This document shows positions 11,616 to 26,000 of a stretch of DNA of 64,000 bases, piece after piece; positions within the stretch are counted from its first letter, which is position 1; the number at the start of each line of letters is the position of its first letter. The stretch is from Ginglymostoma cirratum (Eukaryota), in the NCBI GenBank assembly GCA_024137785.1, contig JAHRHZ010000222.1:31047996-31111995 (forward strand), written 5' to 3'. The notes under the pieces were generated by a model. It did not search any database. It was given only the letters and a program-made list of their open reading frames with translations, and was not told the DNA's origin. The translations under genes were made by a program, and so were the position numbers.

Positions 11616-14511
11616 CCTGCTCACCGATCCTTCTATCAAAGTTCTTCCTATCGTTTAAGAAAGGGAGTAGGGTGATTAGTCCTTAATTAACTTTGCAAAT
11701 TTTATAGGCATAACATTGTATTATGATGGTAAAAGGGCTGAACATTTATCCAGCAAGCATTCTGATTGGATTCATTCTGTCACATATTTATAAATTTAAA
11801 AAACTGGTCTGACACATTAATTGTCTAGCATCAGTAGGCGATGCAAGCCTATTGGTTTTAATCCACTGTTCCTTTCTGTTGAACTATCAAGAATCAACTA
11901 GTTCTTTAACTTTCCTTTCACCCAGAATAGTACTTCATCTTCATCTGGTTACTTTTTGATGGGCTAGCTAGGGTTAACGTCTTGATATGTGAGCTAAATC
12001 ATTTCCTGACACTTTAGTCTTAGTGTACTAAGTCCCTTCAAAAACATTTTCCATAAATGCCAAGAGATCATTGCTGCATTTTGGAAAAATACATTGTTTA
12101 GTTCAAAATTTGTTGAGAATATAAATGTTTTGAATTCGATGTTGAACTGTTCGAATCATTCCATATACAAAATAGTTAACTTTATATTTTTTCCTTAGAA
12201 GTTTTCTCTTTAGCTTAGGGAAATTGCATAAGTTACGAGAGTTTCAAATATAGTCATTAGTAATGAGGACAAGAACATTGGGTATTCAAAAGTAATCACT
12301 TCGTACAGTACATTTAATACAGATTATTAGTTGCAAAATTCAATTGGTAGCATTATTTAAGTAATGTCTGAATGACACTTCAGTGTAAAATATATTTTCT
12401 TTGAACTTGAAAAATTCATACAGTGTTATCTTCATTTACACTCCTGCACATTCTTATTCTTTCGGTAAATGTGTTATTACTGACACTTATCCAATCCTTA
12501 CAGCACTCCCTCTAAATGTCTCAATTATTGAGTCCATCTTTGTCAGACTTTCCATCTTTCAGTGTCTGACTCTGTCCGTGCATCCTTTCTAACTTTCCTC
12601 TCTTACCAGCACTTGACATTATTCCTGTATCTCAGAAAATGTCCTAATACCAGATCTTGTCTTGTTGTTCTCTATCATTGTATTGCTGAAAACTTTGCAT
12701 TAATCTCTAGATTTCCATTCATGTCGCATAAAACTGCTTTAAACTCTTTTATTCAACCTCAGATCACACTGTTCTTTGACTTTATTTAAACTAGTTTCCA
12801 TGTATACAATGCACATATTTTGTTAATTTATTAGTCGTCACACACTCCAGTGCCTCTTCTCCCGTTTTTAAGGTTTTTTGCCTGCCAGTGATCTATTTGC
12901 AAATGTGTTGTTCTCTCTTACTGTAGATTAGTGACGCCTTTCACCAATTGGTAATTTTAATTAATTCTTCCATCAGCAGCCAGATACATAATTCAACGGT
13001 GAGCGACATAGCATCTAAGCAAATTTCAAGTAAATTTAATATTGTGACATGCTGAGATTTTAGAAAGAAAGAAGTTACATTTGTATAACACTGTTCATGA
13101 CCTCACGGTTTACCAAATCACACTGGCTGGATTACTTTCTGAAATTTAGTTGTTACTGGACAGTAGGAAATGTGGCTGTCAATTTGGCTACAGTAAAAGT
13201 GTATAAACAACGTGATCATGAACAGATCATGTGTTATATTGATAATGGCTGTGCGATAACTATTGGTCAGAGCTCTCCTGCTCTTCTTCAAAAGGTGCGG
13301 TATCAGTTTTTTTGTGATCATTTTGATGGCATTCTACTCAAATTTGGCTCTTCAACACTCTCTCAGTACTAATGTGCCAGTCCAGTTTATGAACTCAAGT
13401 CCTTGACTCAAAGGTAAGAGTCACAGCCTTGAGCCACAGCTGGAGCCTGACTGATAATGGAAAATTAATTGCTTGCAGAGTTATTGAGCCATGGAATGCA
13501 ATTTTGCTTATCTGACAACTGTTAATGTTTTTATATTTTGTGGGATTGCACATGAGCAATTCATGCCATCGCTTAAAGATTGCCTGCACAATAAAAACGT
13601 TTAAAGCAGAAATTGTTTTCATTGCAGTATCAACTGTGTAAAATAGCACTTGTTATGTCCTGACCTACTTTTTAAAAGAGAACCTCACAATTGCTTTTAA
13701 AAATGTTAAGGAAATATCAAATCCAGCCCTTGACACATTAGTTGACTCCTGCCTGGGCATCAATAGGTCACAACTGTAACTGACATCATCATTATCCATG
13801 GGAGAGAAAAAAATGGCCTTGGGTTTGCTTCATTGCTAACTAGAGTTGTGACCAGACCCTGGACAAGGTTCCACAATCCATTACAGTTCTAGACAGATAT
13901 CCCAAGCTTCTAGGTAATTAGGGATGAACTGACTCCTTTTTATTCACACACCTTCCCATTTAGAATGAGGTTAATTTAAAAAGGATCCATCCTTTGTAAC
14001 ATGACTTTTTCCAGGAAAAATGTAAGTTTTGAAAGGAGAAAATTTAACAAGGCTTTCTTGACTTAACAAAAGACTGAGATCATAAGATACTAAACATAAA
14101 AAATATGCAACACACATATAGACATATTAGGAATAGAATATGAGTTCACTAAAAGATAAAAGTTGAAAAAAAATGTCAGTCTCCTTAGACCATTCATAAA
14201 GAGTAGATAGTGGAGCGGCTTTAGTTGAACATCTGATCTTGGGATTTTTTTTAACTTATGCAGGTTATTTTAATATCTCTTTGTCCTATCTTGTTTCAAT
14301 TATGGTGGGCTGTCAACACACAAGGTGAGGGAATCTTCCTTGTCCTGATACTTTCTAATTGACTTGGAGACTAGTTGGCTTCTAGCACACAGAATGAGGG
14401 AATCCTTTTACCGGCAATGTGGTCGGGCGGGGGTTGGGTTTCGTCAACAGTGACTTACACAGCACACTAGCACTTGAACCCAACCTAGTAGATCTAAATA
14501 CCTGAGTTCAC

Positions 14512-14741
14512 TGATATCACACAGTATGGAGCTGGAGGAACACAGCAGGCCAGGCAGCATCAGAGGAGCAGGAAAGCTAATGTTTCAGGTCGGGACTCTT
14601 CTCTAGAAAAATTTTTCTGAAGAAGGGTCCCGACCCGAAACGTCAGCTTTCATGCTCGTCTAATGCTGCCTGGCCTGCTGTGTTCCTCCCGCTCCTCACT
14701 GTGTTATCTTGGACTCCAGCATCGGCAGTTCTTATGATATC
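14512..14741. mobile_element. Palindromic non-coding Penelope-derived mini-element with 13-bp TSD
   Basis: Two inverted copies of the terminal repeat. TSD tacctgagttcac at 14499-14511 and 14742-14754. Confidence 0.82.
14617..14644 (+). ncRNA. Minimal hammerhead ribozyme motif
   Basis: CUGAAGA-A-GGGU(CCCG)ACCC-GAAAC-GUC: core boxes, stem II, palindromic ACGU stem III and GUC cleavage triplet. Confidence 0.65.
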
Positions 14742-15518
14742 TACCTGAGTTCACCAACACTTTTGTCCATTAACGTACTTAGGCCTGTCAGTTTTTAACC
14801 CTTCTTTTTGTATATTCCTGGAAGGGCTAAACATCACAATATGTGTAAAAGGTGGCTTTCCATTGAGAGGGGAAAAGACAGTAAGCAATCTCATTATCCC
14901 TTCCTTATTAGTTTCTCTCTCTGTGCTTGAGGTGTCCTTGACATTCTACAGGTGTGACATTCCATGAGTTCCTGACAGGACCCTGCCAGATAGCATGAAA
15001 TTTACATCCACAGTTTCTCTTTTGTCCACAGTCGTCCTCTTTCAAAAGACACATTTTGGAACTAAGATTTAAATATGTTCATAGTAAATCAGGGTTGTGA
15101 TCCATTGTCATGACACTAGTAATGCTTGTTGTAAATGCATAACTGTAATCTCTCAATGAAAAAATCAAGTACATGATCAATGTTCACAATTATTAAAGAA
15201 CAAATTGATACCCTACTATCAACCTAAACATGCACTCATTCTACCAACAGTGCCCAGAAGCAGCAATATACTATTTCTGCAGAACAGCAACTCACCAGTG
15301 TTTAGTCAACAACACCTCCCAAGCCTATGATCTCTACAAGGACAAGGGCAGCAGAAACGTGGAACACTACCATTTGAAAGATGCCCCCAATCACATATCA
15401 TCTTCACTTGGAACAACACAGCTTTTGTTCATCATCATTATGTCAAATCCTGAAACTCCTAAACTTCTAAACAGAACTGAATATTCTAACAGCAGAAGGA
15501 GTGAACTATTCAGGAATA

Positions 15519-17212
15519 AGAGATAATAGGAACTGCAGATGCTGGAGAATCTGAGATAACAAAGTGTGGAGCTGGATGAATACAGCAGGCCAAGCAGCAT
15601 CACAGGAGCAGGAAAGCTTGATGTTTCGGGCTTAGACCCTTCATCAGAAATGGGGGAGGGGAAGAGGGTTCTGAAATAAATAGGGAGAGAGGGGGAGGCA
15701 GATAGAAGATGGATAGAGGAGAGGATAGGTGGAAAGGAGACAGACAAGTCAAAGAGGCGGGGATGGAGCCAGTAAAGGTGAGTGTAGGTGGGGAGGTAGG
15801 GAGGAGATAGGTCAGTCCAGGGAGGACGGACAGGTCAAGGGGGTGAGATGAGGTTAGTAGGTAGGAGATGGGGGTGCAGCTTGAGGTGGGAGGACGGGAT
15901 AGGCGAGAGGAAGAACAGGTTAGGGAGGCAGGGACGAGCTGGGCTGGCTATGGGATGCGGTTGGGGGAGGGGAGATTTTGAAGCTTGTGAAACCCCCATT
16001 GATACAATTGGGCTGCAGGGTTCCCAGGCTAAATATGAGTTGCTGTTCCTGCAGCCTTCAGGTGGCATCATTGTGGCACTGCAGGAGGCCCAGGATGGAC
16101 ATGTCATCTGAGGAATGGGAGAGGGAGTTGAAATGGTTCGCAACTGGGAAGTGCAATTGTTTGTTGCGAACTGAGCGCAGGTGTTCTGCAAAGTGGTCCC
16201 CAAGCCTCTGCTTGGTTTCCCCCATGTAGAGGAGGCCACAACGGGTACAGTGGATGCAGTATATCACATTGGCAGATGTGCAGGTGAACATCTGCTTGAT
16301 GTGGAAAGTCTTCTTGGGGCCTGGGATGGGGGTGAGGGAGGAGGTGTGGGGGCAGGTGTAGCACTTCCTGTGGTTGCAGGTAAAAGTGCCGGGGGTGGTG
16401 GGGCTGGAGGGGAGTGTGGAGTGGACAAGGGAGTCACGGAGAGAGTGGTCCCTCCGGAAAGCAGACAAGGGTGGGGAGGGAAAAATGTCTTTGGTGGTGG
16501 GGTTGGATTGCAGATGGCGGAAGTGTCGGAGGATGATGCGTTGGATCTGGAAGTTGGTGGGGTGGTAAGTGAGGACGAGGGGGATTCTTTTTTGGTTGTT
16601 ATTGCGGGGACGGGGTGTGAGGGATGAGTTGCGGGAAATGCAGGAGACACGGTTGAGGGCGTTCTCGATCACTGCAGGGGGTAAGTTGCGGTCCTTGAAG
16701 AACGAGGACATCTGAGATGTACGGGAGTGGAATGCCTCATCCTGGGAGCAGATGCAGTGGAGGTGAAGGAATTGGGAATAGGGGTTGGCATTTTTGCAGG
16801 AAGATGGGTGAGAGGAGGTGTATTCTAGGTGGCTGTGGGAGTCGGTGGGCTTGAAATGGATATTGGTTTCTAGGTGGTTGCCCGAGATGGAGACAGAGAG
16901 GTCCAGGAAGGTGAGAGAGGTGTTAGAGATGGTCCAGGTGAACTTCAGGTTGGGGTGGAAGGTATTGGTGAAGTGGATGAACTGTTCGAGCTCCTCGTGG
17001 GAGCACGAGGTGGCGTCGATACAGTCATCAATGTAACGGAGGAAGAGGTGGGGTTTAGGGCCAGTGTAGGTATGGAAGAGGGATTGTTCCAGGTAACCTA
17101 CAAAGAGGCAGGCATAGCTTGTGCCCATGTGGGTACCCATGGCCACCCCCTTTGTCTGTAGGAAGTGGGAGGAATTGAAAGAGAAGTTGTTGAGGGTGAG
17201 GACGAGTTCGGC
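15519..17212 (-). mobile_element. Penelope-like retroelement, 5'-truncated (RT + Cys-rich linker + GIY-YIG endonuclease)
   Basis: ORF 16058-17227 has RT motifs QTKGVAMGT and RYIDD, linker CNHRKCYTC and GIY-YIG NVIYCIHC..LYMGET..EH. The terminal repeat carries a hammerhead core at 15620-15647. Confidence 0.92.
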
Positions 17213-18961
17213 CTCTATATGTTGCATTTAGAAAGTTGCTGTCTGAGTTTCCCTGTGCCTTTGATGCTGCACCATATCTATCTCACTGAGAGACTTACCA
17301 TTGAAACATGTGAAATACATAACACTGCACACCTTATTCACTTGATATCCACAAAACAGATTGGAAAAAGTTGGTGTTTGCACATTTTCATGTGTAAATA
17401 TTTAAGTCTGCTAAGTCTTAATTGAAGCAATCTGTATTTTTCATACTAAAAAATACTTCTGTAAGTGTAGATATTGTAAACTATATGATAGAAAAAAGAA
17501 CAACTTGCTTTCCATTTTCTACGAGTTAACTTTACATGGACAACAATTGAACAACAACAGAAAAATTGTGTTAATAAATTAACTTTTACTTAGTGAGATA
17601 TTGGAAGGGACTTTTTGGGTGCACAATCAAACTTTTATAATTCACAAATTGTTAAAACATGCGTTTCCTCTTTTTGTAGAAAAGAAAGTTTTAAATCTTA
17701 CCTATGGTTCCCGCTGTCAGCTATTACAATTGACTATTTGATTGTTCTATTAAGTATCTCCCACACTTATCGTTTTGGGAGTAGAGTCGTAAAGATTTCT
17801 AGTTCCTGTAATTCAGCTTTTTGAGAAATAATCAGCAGATCTAACTTTATTATTTTGTGAGTGCCGCATGAGCCTGATAATACACTATAATAACTATGTT
17901 CTTGTCAGTTTGCTAAGCTGGTTACTCCAGTTATGGTATGCAGACTTTAAGTCAAACCAGTTATACAAACTTGATGTGCCTTAATTGAGAATCTAACTTT
18001 CGGTTTGAATATAGATTCTGATTTCCTGAAGTAATATGATATTTCACCTCGTATATATTACATTGAAGTAATTATTAGCATGTAGCAAAATGATTCTGAT
18101 CAGATTAACTCAACATAGAAATTCTAATTTTTTTTAAAATTTAAGTATGTTCACTTAGTTTAATAGTGTCATGTGTTTACGTTATTGCTGTTGGAAATTT
18201 CTTGGCAGTCTTGATATTTTGTTCGAAATGCTGATGAAATCTTGGTGGCTACTCACTGATAGTAACTATGTCAAGAATGCGTTCCCTCCTTACTGGGGAA
18301 AAACAGAGGCAGGTTTAACTCCACATACTGTTGCATGAGATTGGCCAATTTAGAATGGATTAGGAATGAAACCTGAAATTTTCTTGGTCTGTCCATCGCA
18401 GCGCACAATATTTGCACATTTACCTACTGTGTAATTCACATACTTTGAATGCTAAGTTAACCTTTACTATGGAGATTGAGTTAATAGAATCCCATTAAAG
18501 TCTGGGTGTATTCACCTAATAATGATTCAAAGTAATTTTACCAACTGACCCAGATTGTTGTGTAGCCACAAGTATGCAAATTAAGAAATGCATATGAATC
18601 TAGTAATTATATCCTGCTCCAACATCTTACAAAGCAATTCAAAGTAAAACAAAAAACAAGGATCTTGCACTAACTTTTGAATATCGCAACTAATTTAACT
18701 GGAGTATGCAATTAAGGCTGTGTCTCTGAGTAGGAGGAACTAAAAGATAAAGAATCGTTAATCTTGGGCTCACTAGGAAGTTGCACTCAAAGGGAGGCAG
18801 ATTGAAGGATGGTTTTAAAGGATGAGAGAGTATTGATGTGGCACAGATATTTAGGAATGGAATTCTGGATCCTTGTTTCTCAATAGTTGGAGATGTGTTT
18901 GGTTGAAGCAAGTTGGATAAGAAAGACGTAAAAATAAAAAAATACTTTTTGGTGGAAAAAC

Positions 18962-19707
18962 AGGGGCAGGACTTATACAATTAAAGGTAGAGTCTTGGGT
19001 AGTATTATAGAACAGAGGGACCTAGGGGTTCAGATACATAATTCTTTGAAGATTGCGGGACATATAGACATGGTGGCCAAAAAAACATTTAGCACGCTTG
19101 CCCTTATTGCTCAGTCCTTTAATTATAGGAGTTGGTAAGTCATGTTGAGATTGTACAGGACATTGGTGAGGCCTCTTCTGGAGTTCTGTGTCCAGTTCTG
19201 GTTGCCCTGTTATAGGAAGAACATTATTAAGCTAGAGAGGGCTCCAAAGAGATTTACCAGGACGTTGCTGCGTATGGAAGGTTTGAGTTATAAGGAAAGG
19301 CTGAAAAGGCTGGGACTTTTTCCACTGGAGCATAGAAGGTTGAGAAGTGCCTTTAATTAAGGCTTAGAAAATCATGAGGGGTATATAAAGGGCTAATGGT
19401 AGGTGCCCTTTCCCTAGGATGGAGGATTTCAAGACGAGCAGCACATTTGTAAGGTAAGAGGAGAGAGATTTAAAAAAGGCATGGTGGCAAATTTTATACA
19501 CAGAAGGTGGTTCACGTGTGGAATGAACTTCCTGAAGTGGTGGATGGGGGTACAATAACCATTACAACATTTAAAAGATGTTTGGATAAGTACACGAATA
19601 GGAAAGGTTTGGAGGGAAATGGACCAAGAGCAGGCAAGTGGGACAGCTTTAGTTCATACAATGTTCAGCATGGACTGGTTGGGCCGAAGGGTCTGTTTCT
19701 ATGACTC
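18962..19707 (+). mobile_element. CR1 LINE 3' fragment
   Basis: LYRTLVRPLLEFCVQFW..KLERAPKRFTR is the CR1 ORF2 C-terminal motif; typical gggccgaagggtctgtttctatgactct tail. Confidence 0.9.
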
Positions 19708-19833
19708 TTGTCGGAGGATTCTTGAACTAAAGAAGATTTAAGATGTTGGAAAGAGCAAGACCATGGAGCAATTTGAACAAAAGACAGAGATGTTTGTTTG
19801 TAGTTGATAGAAAGGCAACACAATTAGGATGGG

Positions 19834-20117
19834 ATAGTAAGAACTGCCGATGCTGGAGTCTGAGATAACACAATATGGAGCTGGAGGAACACAGCAGGCC
19901 AGGCAGCATCAGAAGAGCAGGAAAGCTGACATTTCAGATCGGGCCCCTTCTACAGAAATATTTTTTGAAGGAAATCTGAGAATGATAAGCAGATCAGGCA
20001 CCATCTTGGGAGAATGAAAGCAAATTTTCTGAAGAAGGGTGCTGACCCAAAATGCCAACTTTCCTGCTCCTCTAATGCTGCCTGGCCTGCTGTGTTCCTC
20101 CAGCTCCACACTGTGTT
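19834..20117. mobile_element. Palindromic non-coding Penelope-derived mini-element with 14-bp TSD
   Basis: Inverted arms around a ~60-nt spacer. TSD acaattaggatggg at 19820-19833 and 20118-20131. Confidence 0.82.
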
Positions 20118-21828
20118 ACAATTAGGATGGGGACCAGAGACAATTACATTTGTCATTTCAACACTTAAATAGGGGAAATCGTAACTAATTCAAGTTGGCC
20201 GAGCTGCCTGACAGTCTAGAGACAGTGAGGCTGGTGGTGAGATAGAGTTGTTGGAGAGGTGGAGCACTGAGTAGGTGAACAGGAAATTGAGAAATCTGGG
20301 TTAGAAGAAACCAGATCTGGTAACAAATGGTTTAAGGAGGATCTTATAGGAGTGAAGGAGATTGTTTGTTATGCAGGTATCAAATGTTTCTTTGTGGGGC
20401 CTGGAGAAGTAATCCAATTCATCTGATTCAACAAATTAAAAAAAACAAAGCTCAAGTAAAGCTTAAACTAATTTTGTGACTTGACCCTGATCCTCTTCCC
20501 ACTGTGTTTCTCTTCATGGCCACCTGTTAAAATGAGTCAGGCCCTAGTCTGTATTGTGAAAACAGGACTTCACTGGATTTCGGCAAATAGCAGAACCAGC
20601 TGTGGCAAACACGTAATAAAGTATGGCTTAATTGATGAGGACATTGGTATATAAGACAGTTGGCTGATTTTAATTAAAATAAAAATAACAATTACTGATC
20701 ACGCACCATCTGGGGAAAAAGAAATGGAGTTAACAATGATCTTTCATTAGAATTGAAAAAAGTTAATCGTATGATAGGTTTAAGGCAAATACAAAGGTGG
20801 GGAAAGCAGGGAAGAGAGGCAACATGACTGTATAATTATATATTTGTAAAGAATGTCTTTGAAATGAGCAAAGGTGCTTACAAAATGAGTTCCAAAGATG
20901 ACACGATTACTTTTGCTGTTTTAGAGCAGCCAAGATAAGATAAACTAAGTGTCAATCACAAAGGGTCATGGACAATTCAAGGAATTTCAAGATGTCTGCT
21001 GAAACTTCAAGAGGTACAAAGAATCAGAGACTTGCATTGTATTGTACAGAAGATTGGAAAGACAGCACAAAGAAGTTCAAGGTAAGGGAGTTCCAGCATT
21101 ATTGACTTTTCTCAGTGGAACACTGATTAATGAAGTTTAATGTTTGCATCCATTTTGCTGGACTGTGATCAAAAGCTTTCTGAAGGAGTCATTATGTCTG
21201 CAGTCACCAATTCCAACTTAACAGTATTTGAGAGTTGGGTTTTCTCTCTTTCTGCAGGAACTACATAGACAATGCACCCAGAAAACCCCTCTACACTGCT
21301 GAAAAGAACTCCAAGTAGTTTTCAAATATTATGCCAGCAAAACCAATGAAAACAGGATTTTCCTCACTCAAGGAGCCTGAAGCTAGTCTATCAACTGAGA
21401 CTCCCTTTAAAAGCAAAACAAGAAAACTCCAACTACTTAACCACAGAAGCTGTTGAATCTGACTTCAGGTTTTCAACAGCTTCACTTCAAACAAATTGCG
21501 CCTGAAATGATACCAGTGACAGATCTTATATTTGTCTTCTTATGTAACTCTTTTTAAATCTATGTTTCTGCATTTTAGGAAATAACTATCACATTTTCAC
21601 TTAACTAACTGTTTAACTTGTTTGAAGCCGTGCTGCTAGTCATTTTTAAAATTGAAAGATTCGTAAGCAAAAAGGCATCTATAAATGACCTATTCAAATT
21701 CACAGTTCACAGACCACTCTGAGGACAAACCTGGTGTAGTCCTGATAGTGGGAAAAACAGAAGTGAAGATCTGTGATGGAGTGGTAGAAAAATAAATGAC
21801 AAAAATGGTGCAAGGCACAAGTGAACAA

Positions 21829-23027
21829 GTCTCTCCCTATTTATTTCAGAAACCCTCTCTCCCTATTTATTTCAGAATCCCCTTCCTCTCCCCCATTTCT
21901 GAAGAAGGGTCTAGGCCCGAACATCTTAAAACAAAAAATGGCCAAGAACACCCTCGACCGTGTCTCCCGCATTTCCCACAAATCATCCCTCACACCCCCT
22001 CCCCGCAATAACAACCAAAACAGAATCCCCCTCGTCCTCACATACCATCCCACCAACCTCCGGATCCAACGCATCATCCTCCGACACTTCTGCCATCTGC
22101 AATCTTGCCCCACCACCAAAGACATTTTTCCCTCCCCACCCTTATCTGCTTTCCGGAGGGACCACTCTCTCCATGACTCACTTGTCCGCTCCACACGCCC
22201 CTCCAGCCCCACCACTTTTCCCTGCAACCGCACACCTCCTCCCTCACCCCATCCCAGGCCCCAAGAAGACTTTCCACATCAAGCAGATGTTCACCTGCAC
22301 ATCTGCTAATGTGGTATACTGCATTCGCTGTTCCCGTTGTGGCCTCCTCTACACTGGGGCAACCAAGTGGAGGCTTGGGGACTGCTTTGCGGAACACCTA
22401 CGCTCGGTTCGCACTAGACAACTGCACCTCCCAGTCGCGAACCATTTCAACTCCCCCTCCCATTCCTCAGACGACATGTCCATCCTGGGCCTCCTGCAGT
22501 GCCACAACGATGCCACCCGTAGGTTGCAGGAACAGCACCTCATATTTCGCTTGGGAACCCTGCAGCCCAATTGTATCAATGTGGACTTCACAAGCTTCAA
22601 AATCTCCCCTCCCGCTACGACATCTCAAAACCAGCCCAGCTTGTCCCCGCCTCCCTAACCTGTTCTTCTTCCCACCTATCCCCTCCTCCCACCTCAAGCC
22701 CCACCCCCATCTCCTACCTACTAACCTCATCCTGCCCCCTTGACCTGTCCGTCCTCCCTGGACTGACCTATCCCCTCCCTAACTCTCCACCTACACTCAC
22801 CTTTACTGTCTCCATCCCCGCTTCTTTGACCTGTTTGTCTCCTCTCCACCTATCTTCTCCTCTGTCCATCTTCTATCCGCTTCCCCTTCTCTCGCTATTT
22901 ATTTCAGAACCCCATACCCCTCCCCCATTTCTGAAGAAGGGTCTAGGCCCGAAACGTGTTAAAAGCTTTCCTGCTCCTCTGATGCTGCTTGGCCTGCTGT
23001 GTTCATCCAGCTCTACACCTTGTTATC
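21829..23027 (+). mobile_element. Penelope-like retroelement fragment, GIY-YIG region with partial tandem terminal repeat
   Basis: Frameshifted ORFs (RIPLVLTYHP; NVVYCIRCSRCGLLYTGATK). The terminal-repeat segment occurs at both 21829-21922 and about 22890-23027. Confidence 0.9.
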
Positions 23028-26000
23028 TTATAAACAAACAGAAGGTAGTTTTAAGGAAGGTGTGCATGGAAATGCAAATGATTCTGAAATTTCTTTGATA
23101 ATTAAAATTAAAGCACTTCTAACCCTGCAATTAGCACACAATTTTCTAATTTATTTCTGTAACTACTATCTAGACTACTAGTATTCATTTTGTAACCCTT
23201 AAAGCGTACATTTCCTTAGGGCGTATCCCACTCCTCTGCTATAACTCTGGCTCAGTGCTGGAAGAAAAACACCAAGTTCACATGTTATTAATGTGAAAGT
23301 TGGTCAGCAAGTCCAGAGGTTGAGAAGTATGTGGTGAGGATATTTAAAGAATTTGCTGGGTTTTATAACTAATTCCCCACTAAACTCACCACAGAAACCT
23401 AACAGCATAAATATTCTTTAAACAATAGAGTAATTGCTGACGTATTGTCAAACATCTTTCTCAGCCCTCTTGCATCTGATTCCTCCATGTAATAAATTCT
23501 TCTTTGTGCTTTTAGCCAATTGAAATGTTTGCTTTATTTTTTCTTACTTTATGTTTGTTTCTTTTCTCAATCTTAATCTAACTTTCAACCCCTCTATTAC
23601 TGTACCTGACCTGGCTTTAATTCACACTCCTATTCTGCCAGTCATTATTCTTTCTTCTGATGTTGAATACGAATCAGGAGGTAGAATGAAGGCGTGATCA
23701 TTTCCCAGGTCAGCTGCACTGTCACCCTCACTGCACCATTATCAGCAGTCACAGCAGAATAATATTTGAGCTTAAGAGTGCAGGAAAATGGCTCTGAGCA
23801 AATACCACAATAGATTCACTTTAACAACATCATAAAATCATGGCCATCTGGCTCTTCCTCATTCTGCTAGCTCTTGGAAGGAGGAACTCACTGAATTGCA
23901 CTCCATAAACTTTTTCTGTCACCTGCAAATATTTCCTCTTTAGATGATTACTCAATTCCTTCTAGAAAGTTAGGATGAGATCCAACTCTACCACAATGTC
24001 AGGCAATGTATTTTAAATTCCAGCTACTCCCTGCGTAAAAAGGCTTTTCCTCATGACAGTATTGGTTCCTTTCCTAACCACCTTTAATCGGTGTTCCCAA
24101 TTCTTGACGTCTGCCAACAGGAAGTTTCTTTCTATCTCTCTGCAGATCCACTTCCACCAAATCCCCTCTCAAAAACTTATCCTTTCTATGGAATCCCAGT
24201 TTCAACAATCTATTGGTGTAGTTTAAGTTCCTCATCTCTGGGCACATTCTCATAATTTTTTTTCTGCAGCCTCTTTTAAGGCTGTAATATCTTTACGAAA
24301 GTGCAGAGCCCATATTTGAACAATACTCCATTACTTTGTCCCCTTATAGATAATACTTTTAAATGAAAATCAATTCAGCTATTGGAAGAATAGTTCTGCT
24401 ATAATGTTTTAAACAAAATAATCTCTAGTTCGCATTCAAAGTATTTTCCTACACCACACAAAAACATTTAACCACGACACTTCTTTGTAGATACTTACAA
24501 GACACGGCAATCAATCTTCTTTTCTAGTGTTCTTTTATTTGATGTGAAAAAGACTTAGGACATCCAGGCTGGTCTTTAGTTCTGCATTGCAGCGTTTGTT
24601 CAAAGGGCATTGTTATTTTTAATGTGCCAGGGCTATTTCTCTTTCAGATAATTTTAATGCATTAGAGTTAAACAGTCTATTAATGCTGGCTCAGTCAAGC
24701 CTTTAAACTATGTAGGGCTTAGCCAGGAACCGAACTGAAATATTGAACGACTGTCTAATTTTAGCACTATTCAGGTAACACAGCTTGAACTAAAATATAT
24801 TGAAAAGCACGGACCTGTTTTCTGTTGAAAGAATCCTGACAGTTGCTGATATTGCTCTTGATACCACTCCAAACAGCGTTATGGTCAATTTGAGTAAGGT
24901 TTGAGTTACTGGTGTATTTTTGTTAAAGTGCTTCTGGAAGGAAGGAAGGAAGTACAAAACTGGATTTATATTTTATTACCTAGCCCTACCCTCTCTTCCT
25001 CTTGCATGTTGGCTAAATCCACAGAGTTGTAGAGAACAGTAAATGTTGATTGCATTTGCTGAGTACAGTTCGTCTGGGATTCTGCCAGGATCATGAAGGC
25101 ACATCTTCAGTGACTTGATGTGATTTATCACCGCCATGTATACTGAGATACAGTGAAAGTATTATCTCATGTGCTTTACAGACATGAGATTTGAAATGAA
25201 GTTGACTGTACCTTTAAAAAAAAGAACTAAGGCACATTAAAGGTTAAATGCTGCAAAAAAACTCAGAGTTATATTTCCAAAACAGCTAAAATTTCCTACT
25301 GTTCTTCCCAAAGTCTCCTTTACATTGCCCAAGTTTCAAAAGCACTGTACACGTAATGGCTCCTCCCCAAAATCAGTCAAAGTTCAAAGCTGTGAGCAGG
25401 ATTTATTTATCTTGATTGAGATAACAACAAAAATGAAATATTCTAATTCTAAATATAATGTCAAAACATTGAGTTTTAACTGACTAACATCTACAGGCAT
25501 ATCACAGATACCTGAGGGAAAAACAAATTTGAAGTGAACAATTTGCATGGGTTTAAGATTCAATTTCATTTGCTGATTTTCAGCATTTCAAAAGTTAAAA
25601 TTCAGAAAGTAAGGCCTCAAACTATAGATAAGCACAAATCACTGACTTACCCTGTGGTCATTGTGACATTACAATAATTAAGCATTCAAGTTTAGAAGAA
25701 AAACATTTCCTGAGGAAATCTCAACAACAGATGGTTAAAAGCTCCAGTAGGCCGACTGGCACCTCATTGAAGGCCACACCATATTTTTAAAAGTTAAATT
25801 TATAATCAGAGCCCAATTATGGTAAAATGAGTGGGGATAAAAGCCACATTCCCTCAAAATATTTTGATGTTCTGGTCTAAAATGACAGCTCCATCTCTAG
25901 TTTTCTCAGACTGTGAAAAAGTAGAAAATAGACCAAATACCATTAAGGAAGACAAAACAGAAGTAAAAATGTCAAGAAAAATGGAAGACTGAGAGACGAC

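Noticed and set aside
11616-11639. ORF-track start MIEGSVSR for PLEKHF1
   Set aside because: It starts at a TTG. The conserved protein begins at the ATG at 11615 (MVDHL).
15835-16650. Pro/Ser/Gly-rich overlapping ORFs, also around 21960-23098 and 58415-60014
   Set aside because: Alternative-frame and antisense translations of the GC-rich Penelope element.
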